Part shown: piece by piece, positions 62,188-64,000 of the stretch | Layout: each line of letters starts with the position of its first letter | How positions within the stretch are numbered: position 1 is the stretch's first letter | Assembly (NCBI GenBank): GCA_964435975.1 | Contig: CAYTBI010000004.1 | Span: 30,529-94,528 of the forward strand | Direction of reading: 5' to 3' | DNA: 64,000 nucleotides | DNA from: an uncultured bacterium | Lineage (GTDB): Bacteria; Cyanobacteriota; Cyanobacteriia; Cyanobacteriales; Rubidibacteraceae | Notes under the pieces: generated by a model | Told to the model about the DNA's origin: nothing | Database searches by the model: none | What the model saw: the letters and a program-made list of their open reading frames with translations, nothing else | Made by a program: the position numbers and the translations under genes

Positions 62188-64000
62188 ATGACCGGCCACC
62201 TCGTGAGTGCCCCGCCCTTAGAAACTATTACTGGTGTTGTCGAGCGCCTGACCTATCAAGCCCCCGAAACGGGCTTCACCGTGTTGCTTCTGAGGCCGAG
62301 CGATCGCGAAGATAGCATCGTTGCTGTCGGCACCTTTGCTGAGATTCGGCCCGGCCAAACCCTTCAACTCACCGGCAACTGGCGCGAGCATCCCCGCTAT
62401 GGCGCGCAATTTCAGGTGGAGCTTTATGTCGATGCTCGTCCGGCTACGCTGGCGGGCATCGAAAAATATCTCGGCAGCGGCCAAATTGAAGGCATTGGCC
62501 CCAAACTCGCCCACCGCATTGTGGCGCACTTTGGCACCGATACTCTCAGCATTCTAGAAGCAACGCCCGATCGCCTCTCGGAAATCCCCGGCATTGGCGC
62601 CGTGCGCATCGCTCGCCTCAAGGCCGCCTGGGCCGAGCAACGAGCCATAAAAGACGTCATGGTGTTTTTGCAGGGGCGAGGGGTCTCGACGACCTTTGCC
62701 GTCAAGATTTTCCAAAAATACGGTAAAGAGGCCATCGCTCGCGTCAGTGCCAATCCTTACGCCCTGGCGGCTGATATTCCTGGCATTGGTTTCCCGAGTG
62801 CCGATCGTCTCGCCCGGCAACTGGGCATCGGCCCCGAATCTCCCGAGCGCTACGGCGCGGCCATCTACAACGTGCTTTCTGAAGCGACGAGCAACGGGCA
62901 TTGCTGCTTGCCGCTACAGGCGCTGGTGGCGGCGGCCTCAACCCGCCTTGCCACCGAAGACCATCGCCCGGATCCCGGCGCGATCGTCGCCGCTCTCAGC
63001 CGTCTTGCTATCCAGCAGCGAGTTTGGCTCGAAACCGAGCGGCCGTTTTGTTTTTTGCCCGGCCACGCTCGCGCCGAAGCCGAAATTGCTCGGTGTTTGG
63101 TGCAATACTTGCGTGCCCCGCTCGAGGTCGATCTGCCCCGCATTCGCAACTGGTGCGATCGCGCGGCGGCCCAAGCCAACCTGAAGCTCTCCGAGGAGCA
63201 AAAACAAGCCATCGATCTCGCAGCCACCAACCAAGTGGCCATTTTAACGGGCGGTCCCGGCACGGGTAAAACCTTCACGACACGCGCGATCGTCGCCCTC
63301 TGGCAAGCAATGGGCAAGACGGTTGCCCTGGCCGCGCCGACGGGCCGCGCCGCCCAGCGCCTCTCGGCAATTGCCGGCTCGGACGCGCAGACCCTGCACC
63401 GCTTGCTGGCCTTCGAGCCGCGCACGGGTCGCTTTCAGCGCAATCGCGAGCGGCCTTTAGAGTGCGACGCCATCGTTGTTGACGAAGCGTCGATGCTGGA
63501 TTTGTTTTTGATGCGGGCGCTCTTGAGAGCTTTGCCTACAGGCGCGCAACTGTTGCTCGTTGGCGATGCCGACCAACTGCCATCAGTCGGCCCCGGCCGC
63601 GTACTGCGGGATCTCATTGAGGCCGAGTGCGTTCCCGTAGCGCGCTTGAGCCAGGTCTTTCGTCAAGCCGCCCAAAGCGCCATCGTCCGTGCCGCCCACC
63701 AAATCAACCAAGGCCGCCTGCCAGACTGCGAGCGACTCTCGAGCCAACCGAGCAGTAACGCCCTTTGGTATCCGAGCAGCGACCCCCAAGCAATTACAGC
63801 GACGCTCAAAGAACTCGTTGAGAATTTCTTGCCTGGCTTGGGCTTTGCCCCCCGCAGCGACGTGCAGGTTTTAGCGCCCCTGCAGCGCGGCCCCATTGGC
63901 ACTCGCCGCTTGAACGCACTTTTGCAAAGTTGGCTCAACCCCCCCAGCCCGGAGCTCGCCGAACTCGAGCGAGGCGACATCGTTTACCGCCAAGGCGATC
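62188..64000 (+). CDS. recD2: RecD2-type SF1B DNA helicase (3' end outside the window)
   Basis: My own translation from the ATG at 62188 (open to the window end, so absent from the ORF track). HhH motifs IEGIGPKLAHRIV and IPGIGAVRIA, Walker A ILTGGPGTGKTF, Walker B VVDEASMLD, and LLLVGDADQLPSVGPG. Confidence 0.85.
   Translation, partial: MTGHLVSAPPLETITGVVERLTYQAPETGFTVLLLRPSDREDSIVAVGTFAEIRPGQTLQLTGNWREHPRYGAQFQVELYVDARPATLAGIEKYLGSGQIEGIGPKLAHRIVAHFGTDTLSILEATPDRLSEIPGIGAVRIARLKAAWAEQRAIKDVMVFLQGRGVSTTFAVKIFQKYGKEAIARVSANPYALAADIPGIGFPSADRLARQLGIGPESPERYGAAIYNVLSEATSNGHCCLPLQALVAAASTRLATEDHRPDPGAIVAALSRLAIQQRVWLETERPFCFLPGHARAEAEIARCLVQYLRAPLEVDLPRIRNWCDRAAAQANLKLSEEQKQAIDLAATNQVAILTGGPGTGKTFTTRAIVALWQAMGKTVALAAPTGRAAQRLSAIAGSDAQTLHRLLAFEPRTGRFQRNRERPLECDAIVVDEASMLDLFLMRALLRALPTGAQLLLVGDADQLPSVGPGRVLRDLIEAECVPVARLSQVFRQAAQSAIVRAAHQINQGRLPDCERLSSQPSSNALWYPSSDPQAITATLKELVENFLPGLGFAPRSDVQVLAPLQRGPIGTRRLNALLQSWLNPPSPELAELERGDIVYRQGD

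Noticed and set aside
1-64000. The abundant GCGATCGC repeats, considered as a possible CRISPR-like or REP array. I also searched for CRISPR arrays, transposases, integrases and toxin-antitoxin or defence genes.
   Set aside because: The octamers are dispersed singly, including inside genes, as expected for cyanobacterial HIP1. No regularly spaced repeats, cas genes, mobility genes or recognisable defence-system domains were seen on either strand.

Overview
This 64-kb window is a high-GC cyanobacterial chromosome segment. The evidence is frequent HIP1 octamers (GCGATCGC) and the genes sasA, psb30/ycf12, PAM68 and a PatA-type regulator. Most of it is native housekeeping DNA: purB, purK, cbiA, a B12 riboswitch upstream of DUF1636-cobW, shc plus an hpnB-like gene, an M16 peptidase pair, rpsO, DAHP synthase, mobA, moaB, htrA, a GH38 hydrolase, comEC and recD2. 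Three things stand out. (1) Three lower-GC, HIP1-poor glycosylation blocks (about 33.8-39.0 kb, 43.8-45.7 kb and 58.2-61.9 kb) carry a sulfotransferase, an MsbA/PglK-like ABC exporter, four paralogous GT2 enzymes, GT4/GT-A transferases and a methyltransferase. No Wzx/Wzy/Wza-type or mobility genes are visible in or beside them. (2) A tightly coupled chemosensory operon (47.3-54.7 kb) encodes a PatA-type regulator, a double-domain CheW, a short MCP without HAMP, CheA-REC, a REC-only copy of the CheB N-domain and CheB, but no CheR. (3) There are several decay or rearrangement signatures: two 5'-truncated genes joined head-to-head at about 58.24 kb, a betaine-type ABC importer without a permease, a degenerate GGDEF motif and a degenerate ComEC nuclease motif. 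I also call three elements absent from the ORF track: a cobalamin riboswitch, a candidate 6S RNA downstream of purK, and the 43-codon psb30 gene. I see no CRISPR array, transposase, integrase, tRNA or recognisable defence system. All family calls come from motif reading only, with no database search.
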